Of a DNA stretch of 64,000 bases, positions 17,586 to 27,167 are shown piece after piece (within the stretch, counting starts at the first letter, position 1; every line of letters starts with the position of its first letter). The notes below the pieces were generated by a model. It saw only the letters and a list, made by a program, of their open reading frames with translations, was not told the DNA's origin and did not search any database. The position numbers and the translations under genes are program-made. Source of the stretch: Deltaproteobacteria bacterium (GTDB lineage: Bacteria > Myxococcota_A > UBA796 > SXON01); NCBI GenBank assembly GCA_036676765.1, contig JAKFCH010000282.1, forward strand, positions 45,340 to 109,339, written 5' to 3'.

Positions 17586-20500
17586 ATGACGCTACGCCCG
17601 CCGATCGGAGCCTCTACGCCAGCTTGGGCGGAGGCCGTGCGCGCCGCCCTCGGCGCCGGGCGAGCCGTCGTGGGCGTCGTCGTCATCGCCGGCTGCACGC
17701 TCGCCGGCTGCACGCTCTCCCCCGCGGCGCCGTCCATCTCGGGCGTGACCCCGAACTGGGGCTACAACGGCGAGCCGACGGAGATCGAGATCGAGGGCGC
17801 CCACTTCTTCCCCTCGGTGATCGTCGGGGGCGAGCTGGGGGCCTCGAACGACGACGGCGGGCGCATCGAGGGCACCTTCCAGGCCTGGCTCGTCGGCGAG
17901 GACGAGAGCTTCGCGCTCGACGGCGTCCAGCACCTCTCGTACGACCGCATCGGCGCCGAGGTGCCGGAGGGGCTCCCGGTCGGCACCTACGGCCTCCAGG
18001 TGGAGGTCCCGTCCGGCCTCGTCGCGTCGGTAGCCGACGCGTTCACCGTCACCGACACCCGCGCCGACCACCTGGTGCTCTCCGTCGTGACCCCCGCCTA
18101 CACGGTGGGCGCCTTCGCGCCCGTGACCATCCGCCTGCTGGACCCCGAGGATCACATCGTCGCGCAGGGGATGGAGGTGCGGCTCGTCGCCACGTCGGAG
18201 TCCACCGGCGCGACGGGGGTGACCTTCTACGCCGACGGGGGCCTGGAGGACCAGCAGCCGCTCAACGACGAGGTCGGCGTCACCGGCCGCCTCGGGAACG
18301 ACGGCGAGGGCGTCGTCCTGATCAGCTCGGACGTCGCGGACGACGTGCTGATCGAGGTCTTCCCCGTCGAGCCGGACGCCGTCGTGCGTGGCGACCGGCT
18401 GTTCCTCGCGTGGAAGACCGGGCCCGTGGCATCCGTGGAGCTCGCGCTGCCCGAGGAGGGGTTCTCCGCGCGCGCCGGAGAGGCCTTCGACCTCACCGTC
18501 CGCCTGAAGGACACGTTCGGGAACGTGCTCACCACCGAGCCCGCCGATCTCATCCTGTTCGACGAGTGCGGCGGGTGGGTCCGTCCGATCTCGATCGTCG
18601 GCGAGGGTACGGTCGAGGTGGAGCTCACCGCCGCCTGCGCCGAGGACCGCATCCACGCGTACGCCTATGCGACCGACTGGAAGAGCGATCCGTTCGCGGT
18701 CCTGCCCGGCGATCACGCCGGCTACGAGGTCCAGGCCGTGCCCCGGGTGGTGACCGCCGGGGGCGATCTGATCGTGTTCGTCGAGGCGGTCGACGACTGG
18801 GGCAACGTCGTGACCACCCACGCGGAGCCCGTGGCCCTCTACGACGATCTCGGCGGGCTCGACCCGGGGATGGGCCGGGGCGAGCAGTCGTGCCCCGGGT
18901 TCACGGCGGGCGCGCAGGTGTGCTCGGCGAGCGTGTGGATCGCGGGCCCGGCGGTCGAGATTCGGGCGGAGGGCTCCGGGCGCGAGGGGACCGCCGAGCC
19001 CATCGAGGTCCTGCCGGACGATGCCGTCACCTTGCTGCTCGACATCGGCGCCTCCACCGTCGCGGCCGGCGAGCGCTTCGACGCGACCGTGCGCGTGATC
19101 GACCGGTTCGGCAACAGCGTGGGCTTCGACCCCGGGGGCACCGATCCCGTCGTGTTCCTGGAGGGCTCGGACCCCATCGCCTGCACGTGGACCGGCGCGG
19201 TGGCGGGCGCGCAGCGGTTCTCCTGCTACATCGAGGGCGCCGTGCCCGACGCCCGGATCGAGGCGCACGTGCTCGGGCTCACCGGGATCGCCGTCGATCC
19301 CCTGGAGGTCACCAACGCGGAGCTGGCCGAGGTCGAGGTCGATCCGCAGGGCATCACGTTCGTTGCGGGCGATGCCTTCACAGTCTCGCTCCGCGGCGTC
19401 GACGCCTACGGAAACCCCTACGTCGTCCAGTCGGATCCCACCGTCGATCTCTCGGACACCGCCGGCACCATGACCCCCGCCAGCGCCGTGCTCGGGCCGG
19501 ACGGCGAGGTGCAGGTCTCCTCCGTGCTGTACGGCGCGGGGCCCGCGGTCCGCATCTTCGCGTCGCAAGCGGGTGTCCGCCTCGGGGCCAGTCGCCCGCT
19601 GCTCGTCGCGCCCGACGAGCAGGACGCCTTGCTGGTGGACGCGCCCCGTTGGGTCTCCGTCGACACCGACGCGTCGGTGGAGGTCACCGCCGTCGACGCC
19701 TACGGCAACGCCATCCCCGACTACGCCGGCACGGTGACCCTCTCCGCGGTGGGGGGCGCCTGCGACACCGTGATCGTCGACGCCTTCTACGACGGAAGCG
19801 CCACGGTCGACCTCCCCTGCACCACGCCCCAGCTCTCCGAGGAGCTGGAGGCGGTGGACGACCTCGGCTTCGACGGCAGGAGCGGCGTGCTCGACGTGGT
19901 CGACCTCTACTGCCCCGACGGCCCGACCGCCGACCTCTCGCTCGACGGCGGGGAGGACTCCATCCGCTGCCTCGCTGACGGGGGCACGGTGTCGGTGGAG
20001 GCCGACTCGTCGGGCAGCTTCGGGGGCGGCACGGGCATCACGGTGCGGCACTACTCGGACGGCACGTCGGTCACGCGGACGCCCGCCGACAGCGCCACGT
20101 TCACCTACGACACCACCGGCTCGCACTACGTGGAGCTGCTCGTGGCCGACACGCGCGCGTGCGCCGACGTCGATGGCGGCACGATCTACGTCGGCTCCGA
20201 CGACGGCGAGCCCACCGGCCCGGTGACCGTGACCACCGCCGCGTCGACCGCCTCCTCCGTCGGCTCCGTGACCGTGACCGTGACGGCCGAGGACTGCACG
20301 TCCGACCTCGCGGCCGGCAAGGAGCTCCTCGTCCGCGCCGATCTCGGGACCCCGGAGGGGACGATGACGGGGGAGGGGATTGCCGTCACCCTCGACGCCG
20401 CGGGCGCCGCGACCTTCCTCTGGGAGTTCGAGACCGGACAGATGGGAACCGCCACGGTCTACGCCGGCTCGGCGGGCGGCGGGGCCGTCGGGAGCCGCAG

Positions 20501-21206
20501 CGTCGCCGTCACCGGCGATCGCGTGCTCCCCAGCGTCGTGGAGGTGGAGCCCTCCGGCCTGGCGCTCGGCACCGTCACGACGATCGACGTGACGTTCAGC
20601 GAGACCATGTTGCCCTCGACGGCCACGGCGACCAACCTCACGCTCACCGGCCCCGACGGCGTTGTCGCCGCCACCTACGACTGGACCACGGACCTCACGA
20701 CGCTCCGCATCACGCCGAACGTGCCGCTCGACGGCGCCGCGGGGGTCTACACGCTCGTCGTGTCCAAGAACCTCCGGGATCTCGAGGAGGGCAACCAGCT
20801 CGACGGCGAGTGGAGCGGCGTGCGGGCGCCCGCGACCTTCACCTTCGGCGCGGTGGAGGTGTCCCTGCCGGAGATCTCCTCGTGCGGCGCGAGTGTCGCC
20901 AGCTTCACTCCCGACGGGGACGACGGCACGGACGTCGAGGCGGACTCCGTCGCGCTCGCCCCCACCGCCACCGGCACGCCGGCCTGGTGGTGGCTGTCGG
21001 TGTATGCCCGCGACGGGACACGGGTCCGCAGCCTGCGCGAGCCGGGGTCCGACCCCACGCTCTCGTGGGACGGACGCGGAAACGACGGAATCCTGCGCGA
21101 CTCCGGGAGCTATCGTCTCTCGGTCGCGCCCATCGACACGAACGGGAACGTAGGAGGGCAGTGTGATGTCGCCGTCGATCTCCAGCAGCACGTGGAACGG
21201 CCATGA
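17586..21206 (+). CDS. Giant cell-surface lipoprotein (IPT/TIG, multiple Big_1-like Ig domains, FlgD-Ig-like C-terminus)
   Basis: Lipobox VIAGC. IPT-like PSISGVTPNWGYNGEPTEIEIEGAHFFP. Recurrent F.(L/A)TVR..D.(F/Y)GN motifs. C-terminus TLSWDGRGNDGILRDSGSYRLSVAPIDTNGN. Start at the internal ATG of ORF 17442..21206. Confidence 0.7.
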   Translation: MTLRPPIGASTPAWAEAVRAALGAGRAVVGVVVIAGCTLAGCTLSPAAPSISGVTPNWGYNGEPTEIEIEGAHFFPSVIVGGELGASNDDGGRIEGTFQAWLVGEDESFALDGVQHLSYDRIGAEVPEGLPVGTYGLQVEVPSGLVASVADAFTVTDTRADHLVLSVVTPAYTVGAFAPVTIRLLDPEDHIVAQGMEVRLVATSESTGATGVTFYADGGLEDQQPLNDEVGVTGRLGNDGEGVVLISSDVADDVLIEVFPVEPDAVVRGDRLFLAWKTGPVASVELALPEEGFSARAGEAFDLTVRLKDTFGNVLTTEPADLILFDECGGWVRPISIVGEGTVEVELTAACAEDRIHAYAYATDWKSDPFAVLPGDHAGYEVQAVPRVVTAGGDLIVFVEAVDDWGNVVTTHAEPVALYDDLGGLDPGMGRGEQSCPGFTAGAQVCSASVWIAGPAVEIRAEGSGREGTAEPIEVLPDDAVTLLLDIGASTVAAGERFDATVRVIDRFGNSVGFDPGGTDPVVFLEGSDPIACTWTGAVAGAQRFSCYIEGAVPDARIEAHVLGLTGIAVDPLEVTNAELAEVEVDPQGITFVAGDAFTVSLRGVDAYGNPYVVQSDPTVDLSDTAGTMTPASAVLGPDGEVQVSSVLYGAGPAVRIFASQAGVRLGASRPLLVAPDEQDALLVDAPRWVSVDTDASVEVTAVDAYGNAIPDYAGTVTLSAVGGACDTVIVDAFYDGSATVDLPCTTPQLSEELEAVDDLGFDGRSGVLDVVDLYCPDGPTADLSLDGGEDSIRCLADGGTVSVEADSSGSFGGGTGITVRHYSDGTSVTRTPADSATFTYDTTGSHYVELLVADTRACADVDGGTIYVGSDDGEPTGPVTVTTAASTASSVGSVTVTVTAEDCTSDLAAGKELLVRADLGTPEGTMTGEGIAVTLDAAGAATFLWEFETGQMGTATVYAGSAGGGAVGSRSVAVTGDRVLPSVVEVEPSGLALGTVTTIDVTFSETMLPSTATATNLTLTGPDGVVAATYDWTTDLTTLRITPNVPLDGAAGVYTLVVSKNLRDLEEGNQLDGEWSGVRAPATFTFGAVEVSLPEISSCGASVASFTPDGDDGTDVEADSVALAPTATGTPAWWWLSVYARDGTRVRSLREPGSDPTLSWDGRGNDGILRDSGSYRLSVAPIDTNGNVGGQCDVAVDLQQHVERP

Positions 21207-21930
21207 CGCCGAGCTCCCCCCGAACGGCGACGAGGGTGGCGTGAGCGGCCACGGCGACAACATCACCCACGAGGCCCTGCGCCTCGCCGAGCTCGGGCTC
21301 CTCACCGCGGGCCTCATCCACGAGCTCCGGCAGCCCGTGTTCGCGCTCAAGGCGCTCGCGCAGCTGGCCGAGGGGCATCCCGCGAAGGCGCCCGAGTACC
21401 TCGAGCAGGTGCTGGCGCAGGTGCACACCCTCGAGACCCTGCTCGAGGGGTACGCCGACTTCTCCCGGCGCCCCGTCGGGAGCTGCGAAGTGTTCGAGCT
21501 CGCGGCGCCGGTGCGCTCGGCCCTGGTCGTGCTGGAGCACCGGGCCATCGCCTCGCAGGTTCGCATGATCATCGACTTCGGCGAGGCCGTGGCGGTGCGC
21601 GGCTCGCTCCTCGCGGTGCAGCAGGCCCTCGTCAACCTCGGCCAGAACGCGCTCGACGCCCTCCGGGGCCAGGACGGCGGCTGCCTGCGCATCACCGGCG
21701 CACGGGCCGTCGGCGGCGGCGCCACCATCCGGGTCGAGGACAACGGGCCGGGCCTGCCGCTCCACATCCGCTCCCACCTCTTCGAGCCCTTCCACACGAC
21801 AAAACCCACGGGCACGGGCCTCGGCCTCTCCATCTCGCGCGATCTCCTGGCGGCCGCCGGGGGCGAGCTGCGGCTCCTCGACGTCGCGCAGGGCACCTGC
21901 TGGGAGATCGTGCTGAAGGAGTCGGTGTAG
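21166..21930 (+). CDS. Minimal histidine kinase (HisKA and HATPase only, no sensor domain)
   Basis: H-box IHELRQPVFAL, N-box LVNLGQNALDA and G-box [13 protein letters not shown]. The start is ambiguous: ATG 21166 or GTG 21163 overlap the upstream gene by ~41 nt; GTG 21241 is the alternative. Confidence 0.75.
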   Translation: MSPSISSSTWNGHDAELPPNGDEGGVSGHGDNITHEALRLAELGLLTAGLIHELRQPVFALKALAQLAEGHPAKAPEYLEQVLAQVHTLETLLEGYADFSRRPVGSCEVFELAAPVRSALVVLEHRAIASQVRMIIDFGEAVAVRGSLLAVQQALVNLGQNALDALRGQDGGCLRITGARAVGGGATIRVEDNGPGLPLHIRSHLFEPFHTTKPTGTGLGLSISRDLLAAAGGELRLLDVAQGTCWEIVLKESV

Positions 21931-21986
21931 CGGCGAATCCCGCGGCGGGGCCGGCAACCGAGGTCCGCTCCGGGTTAGCCGGCGCC

Positions 21987-22502
21987 ATGGACGACGACGA
22001 CTCGAAGAACCTCCCCGAAGCCCACCTCGCCGCGCTGGGTCCACGCTTCCTCGCGGCGCTCCAGCTGCGGAGCATCGGAAAGGTGGATGCCGCGCTCGAG
22101 GCGTTCACCGACATCCTCAAGACGGAGCCCCGCATCGCGGAGCCCCGCATGGAGATCGCCCGCATCTTCCTGGAGATGGGGCGGCTCGACGACGCCGAGG
22201 CCGAGGCGCGCGAGGCGATCCGCATCCTCGAGATGGGCGGGCAGTGGACCGTCGATCTCCCCGAGAACGTGGTCCTGGCCGTCGCCTGGGCGCTCTACGG
22301 CGAGATCCTCAAGGAGAAGGCCTCGACCGACGAGGTCGTCTTCGGGGATCCCGCCACGTTCACCCACCTCATCGAGCAGAGCCGCGTCGCGTTCGCCCGC
22401 GCCGCCGAGCTCGATCCCACCGACACCCGCAGCGCGGTGACGGCGATGGAGCTCGGCGAGGGCGCCGAGGACGAGGAGCCCGAGCCCGAGCCCGACAACT
22501 AG
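21987..22502 (+). CDS. TPR-like helical repeat protein with acidic tail
   Basis: 171 aa with TPR-like helices (GKVDAALEAFTDILKTEPRIAEPRMEIARIFLEMGRLDDAEAEAREAIRI). C-terminus GEGAEDEEPEPEPDN. Confidence 0.55.
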   Translation: MDDDDSKNLPEAHLAALGPRFLAALQLRSIGKVDAALEAFTDILKTEPRIAEPRMEIARIFLEMGRLDDAEAEAREAIRILEMGGQWTVDLPENVVLAVAWALYGEILKEKASTDEVVFGDPATFTHLIEQSRVAFARAAELDPTDTRSAVTAMELGEGAEDEEPEPEPDN

Positions 22503-22509
22503 GCTGGGC

Positions 22510-23040
22510 CTACACCGGCGCGCCCGCCATCACGTTGAGCCGCTGGAGGATCGCGTTGGAGAACGCGTCCAGATCGCTCGGGTTGCGCGACGTGATGATG
22601 TTGCCGTCCTCCACGACGGGCGAGTCCTCCCAGTGCGCGCCCGCGTTGACCAGGTCGGCGTGGATGGAGGGCCACGACGTGAGCCGCTTGCCGTCCACGA
22701 GGTCCGCCTCGATGAGCAGGCTCGGCCCGTGGCACACCGCGGCGATGGGCCGGTCGAGCAGGCCGAACTCGCGCACGAACTTCACCATCCCCAGGTCCAG
22801 GCGCAGGTGATCGGGGGAGTAGCCGCCCGGGATCACGAGCAGGTCGAAGTCCTCGGCGCGCACGTCCTGGGGCGTGGCGCTGATGCCGACCTTCTCGCGG
22901 CCGCGCTTGCCCTCCACGAAGGCGTTCTTCTTCACGCCGATGAGGGTGATCTCGTGCCCGGCGCCGCGCAGGCGGTCGTAGGGCACCCGGAACTCGTCAT
23001 CCTCGAAGTCCTCGCCGAGCACGAACGCGATCTTCGCCAT
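22510..23040 (-). CDS. DJ-1/PfpI family protein (PfpI/YhbO-type)
   Basis: 176 aa with the IAAVCHGP nucleophile elbow and VIPGGYSPDHLR. GGAGG lies 5 nt upstream of the ATG. Confidence 0.9.
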   Translation of the reverse strand: MAKIAFVLGEDFEDDEFRVPYDRLRGAGHEITLIGVKKNAFVEGKRGREKVGISATPQDVRAEDFDLLVIPGGYSPDHLRLDLGMVKFVREFGLLDRPIAAVCHGPSLLIEADLVDGKRLTSWPSIHADLVNAGAHWEDSPVVEDGNIITSRNPSDLDAFSNAILQRLNVMAGAPV

Positions 23041-23134
23041 GGAGCCTCCCTGGGCTCAATGTGCGGGCGGAGGCGCGCCGGGGCGGTCACGAATCGCCCC
23101 TCTACCGGGCGGGGCCCCCCTCGCTCGCCGGGTC

Positions 23135-25783
23135 CTACGGCGTCCAGTCGCAGCTCTTCGGCCCCGGCGGGGTCCACACGCCGTCGCCGTCGCCGTCCAC
23201 GAAGATCGGGTTGACGGTCACGCGGGGCACCTGGGACGCCGCGTAGCCCTCGATGCCGCGCGGCATGGCGCCGGTGCCGACGGCGACGACCACGACGTAG
23301 GCGTCTCCGTCGAGGGAGAGGGAGCGCGCGTCGTCGAGCTTCACCACCCCGGCGGGGTCGGTGGCGTCGATTCGAACGGCGATGTCGCAGTCGACGAGGA
23401 CGTCGACGCGGGTGACGTCGATCTCCGGCAGGGCCTGAACCTCCAGGCGGAGCTGGGCCTGGCCGCCCCTCACCGTCACGAGGTCGCCGGGCCCGGCCCC
23501 GTCGACGGTCACGCGCGCGAAGGCCCCGGCGCTGATCTGGGCGGCGCCCCCGAGCACGCCGTCCGCGAGGTCGTCCGCGGTGAAGCCGCCCTGGGTGTCG
23601 TCGGCCACGGTGACGTAGGTGCGCGGCGTGCCGGGGGTGTCCATCCCGTGCTCGTCGGTCACGCCCACGCCGGTCACGCGGTGGCCGAGGTTGTGGAAGG
23701 CGAACCAGTCGACGAGCGCGCCGGTGTGGCGCGGATCCCCGGCGTCCAGGTAGGGGCTCCGGAGGCCGTTGAGGACCTCGGAGCTGTCGAAGTCCCACGA
23801 CCAGATGGCGGTGCCCGGGGGAACCCCGAGCGCTTCGGGATCGTCCATCATCGGGGGGTCGGTGAGGCGGTCCCAGTCGAGGATGCAGAGGATGCCGCAC
23901 TCGCCGTTGACGCGGGAGTGGTTGAGCTGGATCACGCGGGCGCCCCGGGCGCGCTCCGCCGCGTAGATGCCCCCGAAGGCGAGCTCGTACCAGCGCACCG
24001 GATCGCCGCGCACGTCGTCGGTCACGGGGAAGGGCCACGCGTTCGTGTGCTCGGGCAGGCTCGCGGTGACCTCGCTCCCGAGCCCGTAGGTGAGCCACGC
24101 CTCGACCCCGGCCTCGACGAGCGCGTCGGAGAGATCGACGATCGCCTCGTGATCGGTGGAGATCACCGCGTCGAGCCCGCTCCCCGCCGCCGTGCGCATC
24201 CGGTCCGCTGGGAGCACCGTGCTGTCGGCGCTCGGGCCGGAGTGGACGTGGCTGTCGAAGCTCGCCCACCCGCTCGTGTCGACGACCCGGGGCAGGGTCA
24301 GCTCGACGGTGCCGACGCCGCCGGGGAGCACCTCCACGGTCGCGGTGGCGACGGCGTACTCGTAGCCGCGGGACACGTAGGCGGTCCACGTGCCGGGCGG
24401 AACCGCGATGTCCGGGTTGCCCTCCCCGGGGTAGCCGACGATAACGGTGCCGTCAGTCCGCTCGAGCTCGACCCGCACGGGGAGGGGGAGGCCGGCGTCG
24501 TCCCGGACGTTCACCGTCACCGCGCCCTCGGCGCCGATGTCCAGCGCGAGGGCGGTGGCGGCGGCGGGGTCGACCTCGACGGCGGCGCCGTCGTCCCGCC
24601 CGGCGCCGGTGGCGACCACCCGCCACGCGCCCTCGCCGACCGCGAGCGTCCGGCCCGCGAAGCGGCCCTGCGCGTTGGTCACGAGGGTGGTGAGCGTGCG
24701 CCAGTCACCGTCGTCGTTCGCGGCCGCCAGCTCGACGAGCGCGCCGGCGACGGCATCCCCCGAGGGCCCGACGACACTGCCCGCGACGTCGTGCCACGCG
24801 GTGGCGAAGCCGGGCACCGGATCGTCGAGGTGGGGCTCCAGGGCGGCGGCGGCGCTCGCGCCGTCACCCGCGCTCACCCCCACGAGGAACGAGGCCTGGT
24901 CCCCCACGGAGAGCGGGGCGGCGACGTGGTTCACGTCGACCAGCACGGTCACGCCCGCGATCTCGGTGCGCGCCAGGGCCGCGCCGGGCATCGCGATCGC
25001 CGAGGAGCCGCTCGCGCTCGCGTCCCCCGACCATGCCACGCCCACGTCGAAGCCGATGCCGCCAACGGCGAGGCCCCCGGAGGCGTAGGCGGTGTTCTCG
25101 GTCCGGTCGGAGGGGAACGCGACGGCGCCGACGAGGAAGCCGTCGGTCACCGGCTCGCCGCCGAGGAGCACGTCGAGGCGCAGGGCGGCGTCGTCCGGCT
25201 CGAGGGTGTAGCGCAGCGTGATGTCGAGCCCGTAGGGGTCCTCGAGGAGCTTGCGACCGCCGTTCTCGTACTCGCGCCGCATGAGCGTGAGCTCCACGAG
25301 CCAGAAGCGATCGTCGGTAGCATGGACGTCCACGATCACCGGACCGCCCCCCGATCCGTCGGACACGATCTCCACGGACTCGCCGCGGATCATGTGCATG
25401 CCGCTCTGCCCGAAATTCGCGAGGTCGAGCTGCCCGATGACGAGCCCGAGCTCGCCGAAGAGCTCCGGCCCCGCCTGCTCGCAGCCGTCGACCGCCACCG
25501 CGTCGATCGGCATGCCGCCGTAGTGGTAGTAGGTGCGCGGGTCGTCGGGCGCCTGGATCACGAACGCGGCGCGCTCGTTGAGCAGCAGCACGTCACCCGG
25601 GGCGGCGAGGGGATCCTCGAACCCCCAGGGCTGCTCGGAGACCTCGGTGAGGATCCGCGCCGTGGCGCGGCCGGCCTCGGGGCACCCGCCGAGGAACAGG
25701 CCCTCTCCCGTCTCGTGGGGCGGCGTGTCGCCCGTCGGGGAGGGGTGTGGCGCGCAGCCGAGCAACAGGAGCGTGACGAGCAT
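23135..25783 (-). CDS. Large lipoprotein with PHP/CehA-like metallohydrolase domain
   Basis: Lipobox LLLLGC. FDSHVHSGPSADS and VISTDHEAIV resemble PHP-type metal-binding motifs. The rest looks like beta-sandwich. Family assignment is tentative. Confidence 0.6.
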   Translation of the reverse strand: MLVTLLLLGCAPHPSPTGDTPPHETGEGLFLGGCPEAGRATARILTEVSEQPWGFEDPLAAPGDVLLLNERAAFVIQAPDDPRTYYHYGGMPIDAVAVDGCEQAGPELFGELGLVIGQLDLANFGQSGMHMIRGESVEIVSDGSGGGPVIVDVHATDDRFWLVELTLMRREYENGGRKLLEDPYGLDITLRYTLEPDDAALRLDVLLGGEPVTDGFLVGAVAFPSDRTENTAYASGGLAVGGIGFDVGVAWSGDASASGSSAIAMPGAALARTEIAGVTVLVDVNHVAAPLSVGDQASFLVGVSAGDGASAAAALEPHLDDPVPGFATAWHDVAGSVVGPSGDAVAGALVELAAANDDGDWRTLTTLVTNAQGRFAGRTLAVGEGAWRVVATGAGRDDGAAVEVDPAAATALALDIGAEGAVTVNVRDDAGLPLPVRVELERTDGTVIVGYPGEGNPDIAVPPGTWTAYVSRGYEYAVATATVEVLPGGVGTVELTLPRVVDTSGWASFDSHVHSGPSADSTVLPADRMRTAAGSGLDAVISTDHEAIVDLSDALVEAGVEAWLTYGLGSEVTASLPEHTNAWPFPVTDDVRGDPVRWYELAFGGIYAAERARGARVIQLNHSRVNGECGILCILDWDRLTDPPMMDDPEALGVPPGTAIWSWDFDSSEVLNGLRSPYLDAGDPRHTGALVDWFAFHNLGHRVTGVGVTDEHGMDTPGTPRTYVTVADDTQGGFTADDLADGVLGGAAQISAGAFARVTVDGAGPGDLVTVRGGQAQLRLEVQALPEIDVTRVDVLVDCDIAVRIDATDPAGVVKLDDARSLSLDGDAYVVVVAVGTGAMPRGIEGYAASQVPRVTVNPIFVDGDGDGVWTPPGPKSCDWTP

Positions 25784-25801
25784 GGGCCGAGCGTACCGCG
25801 A

Positions 25802-25829
25802 GCGCGAGGGGCTTGCGCGACCCTCGCGC
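25802..25829 (-). terminator. GC-rich hairpin downstream of fxsA (9-bp stem, 10-nt loop, no U-tract)
   Basis: GCGCGAGGG (25802-25810) pairs with CCCTCGCGC (25821-25829). It lies 6 nt after the fxsA stop and 19 nt before the next start codon. Confidence 0.3.
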
Positions 25830-25834
25830 CCGGA

Positions 25835-26296
25835 TCACACCTTCGGGTGGGTGAACACCTTCTTCTCGGCCTCCTGACGCTGCCGCGCGCGGGGCCCTGG
25901 GCCGACGGTGCCGACCTGCACGCCGCGCCGGGTGGCCCACGCGAGCACGGCGCGCTTGACCCGGGGCGCGAGCCAGCGGCGGAACGGCGGGAAGAAGAGC
26001 AGGATGCCGGTCACGTCGGTGAGCACGCCGGGCGTGACGAGCAGCACGCTCCCGACGAGGACGAGCGCGCCCTCCACGAGCTTGTCGGCGGGCGGCGCGC
26101 CCTCGCGGACCGAGGCGAACAGCTCGCGCAGCACCGAGACGCCCGCGTTCTTGCCGAGCCACGCGCCGAGCACGCCGACGGCCACGACGTAGAGCATCGT
26201 CTCGAAGCCGCCGATCTGGCGGCCGATCTCGATGAGCATCCAGAGCTCGACCGCCGGCACGACGGTGAAGAGCAGGAACAGGATGAGGAAGGTCAT
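25835..26296 (-). CDS. fxsA: FxsA family membrane protein
   Basis: MTFLILFLLFTVVPAVELWMLIEIGRQIGGFETML... and VTPGVLTDVTGILLFFPPFRRWL are typical FxsA motifs. ATGA overlap with the mazG stop. Confidence 0.8.
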   Translation of the reverse strand: MTFLILFLLFTVVPAVELWMLIEIGRQIGGFETMLYVVAVGVLGAWLGKNAGVSVLRELFASVREGAPPADKLVEGALVLVGSVLLVTPGVLTDVTGILLFFPPFRRWLAPRVKRAVLAWATRRGVQVGTVGPGPRARQRQEAEKKVFTHPKV

Positions 26297-27099
26297 GCCG
26301 GATCCTTGCGTGAGCAGGCCGCCTCGCGCGCCTCCTGGCGCTTCGCCTCCTGCCACCAGGCCTCGAGTCGGTCGAGCCCGGCCTCCTCCATCGCGACGCC
26401 CGCGGCGGCGGCGGAGGCCTCGACCCGGCGGAAGCGCCCCTCGAAGCGCGCGTTGGCCTCGCGGAGGGCGTCCTCGCCGGCCACGCCGAGGAACCGCCCC
26501 AGGCTGGCGGTGGCGAGGAGCAGGTCACCGTATTCGTGGCGGATCCGGGCGGGATCGCCGCTCGCGATCGCCTCTTCGAGCTCGGCGCGCTCCTCGTCGA
26601 TCTTCGCGAGCACGCCGCCCAGGTCTGGCCAGTCGAAGCCGACGTGGGCCACCTTCTCGCCGACCCGGTGCGCGCGGAGGAGCGCGGGGAGCGAGACCGG
26701 CACGCCGTCCACGCGCGAGCCGCCCTTCCGGCGCGCGGCTTTTCGCGCCTCCCACGCGCCGATGGTGCCGGCGACGTCGGTGGCCGCCTCGGTGCCGTAC
26801 ACGTGGGGGTGCCGCTCGATCATCTTGGTGACGATGGCCTCCGCCACGGCCTCGATGTCGAAGGCGCCCTGCTCCTCCGCGAGGCGGGCGAGGAAGTAGA
26901 CCTGGAACAGGAGATCCCCGAGCTCCCCCCGGAGCTCCTCCATGGTGCCGCCGTCGGCCAGGGCGTCGAGGGCGCCGAGCACTTCGTGGGCCTCCTCGAG
27001 CAGGTAGGGGCGCATGGTGCGGAGGTCCTGCGCGCGGTCCCACGGGCACTCCGCTCGCAGGCGGGCGACCACATCCCGAAGCTGGTCTACTGACGACAC
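26293..27099 (-). CDS. mazG: Nucleoside triphosphate pyrophosphohydrolase MazG
   Basis: CPWDRAQDLRTMRPYLLEEAHEV and ELGDLLFQVYFLARLAEE form the first MazG repeat. The second has EERAELEEAI and EYGDLLLA. Confidence 0.9.
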   Translation of the reverse strand: MSSVDQLRDVVARLRAECPWDRAQDLRTMRPYLLEEAHEVLGALDALADGGTMEELRGELGDLLFQVYFLARLAEEQGAFDIEAVAEAIVTKMIERHPHVYGTEAATDVAGTIGAWEARKAARRKGGSRVDGVPVSLPALLRAHRVGEKVAHVGFDWPDLGGVLAKIDEERAELEEAIASGDPARIRHEYGDLLLATASLGRFLGVAGEDALREANARFEGRFRRVEASAAAAGVAMEEAGLDRLEAWWQEAKRQEAREAACSRKDPA

Positions 27100-27167
27100 G
27101 GGGCTCCTTCTGATAGAGAGAACACCGCTAACCGGGTTCCCGCCAGACCCCGGCAGCGGGGAGTCCC

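Noticed and set aside
10396-26899. Very long alternative-frame or antisense ORFs: 10396..13863(+), 10847..14161(-), 17592..21896(-), 23039..26899(+). The same applies to 2886..5216(+), 49552..53376(+), 53097..56297(+) and 59147..62788(+).
   Set aside because: These are typical stop-codon-poor shadow frames of a very GC-rich genome. The products are Arg/Gly/Pro/Ala/Asp-rich and lack motifs. Each is fully covered by opposite- or other-frame genes with clear domain signatures.
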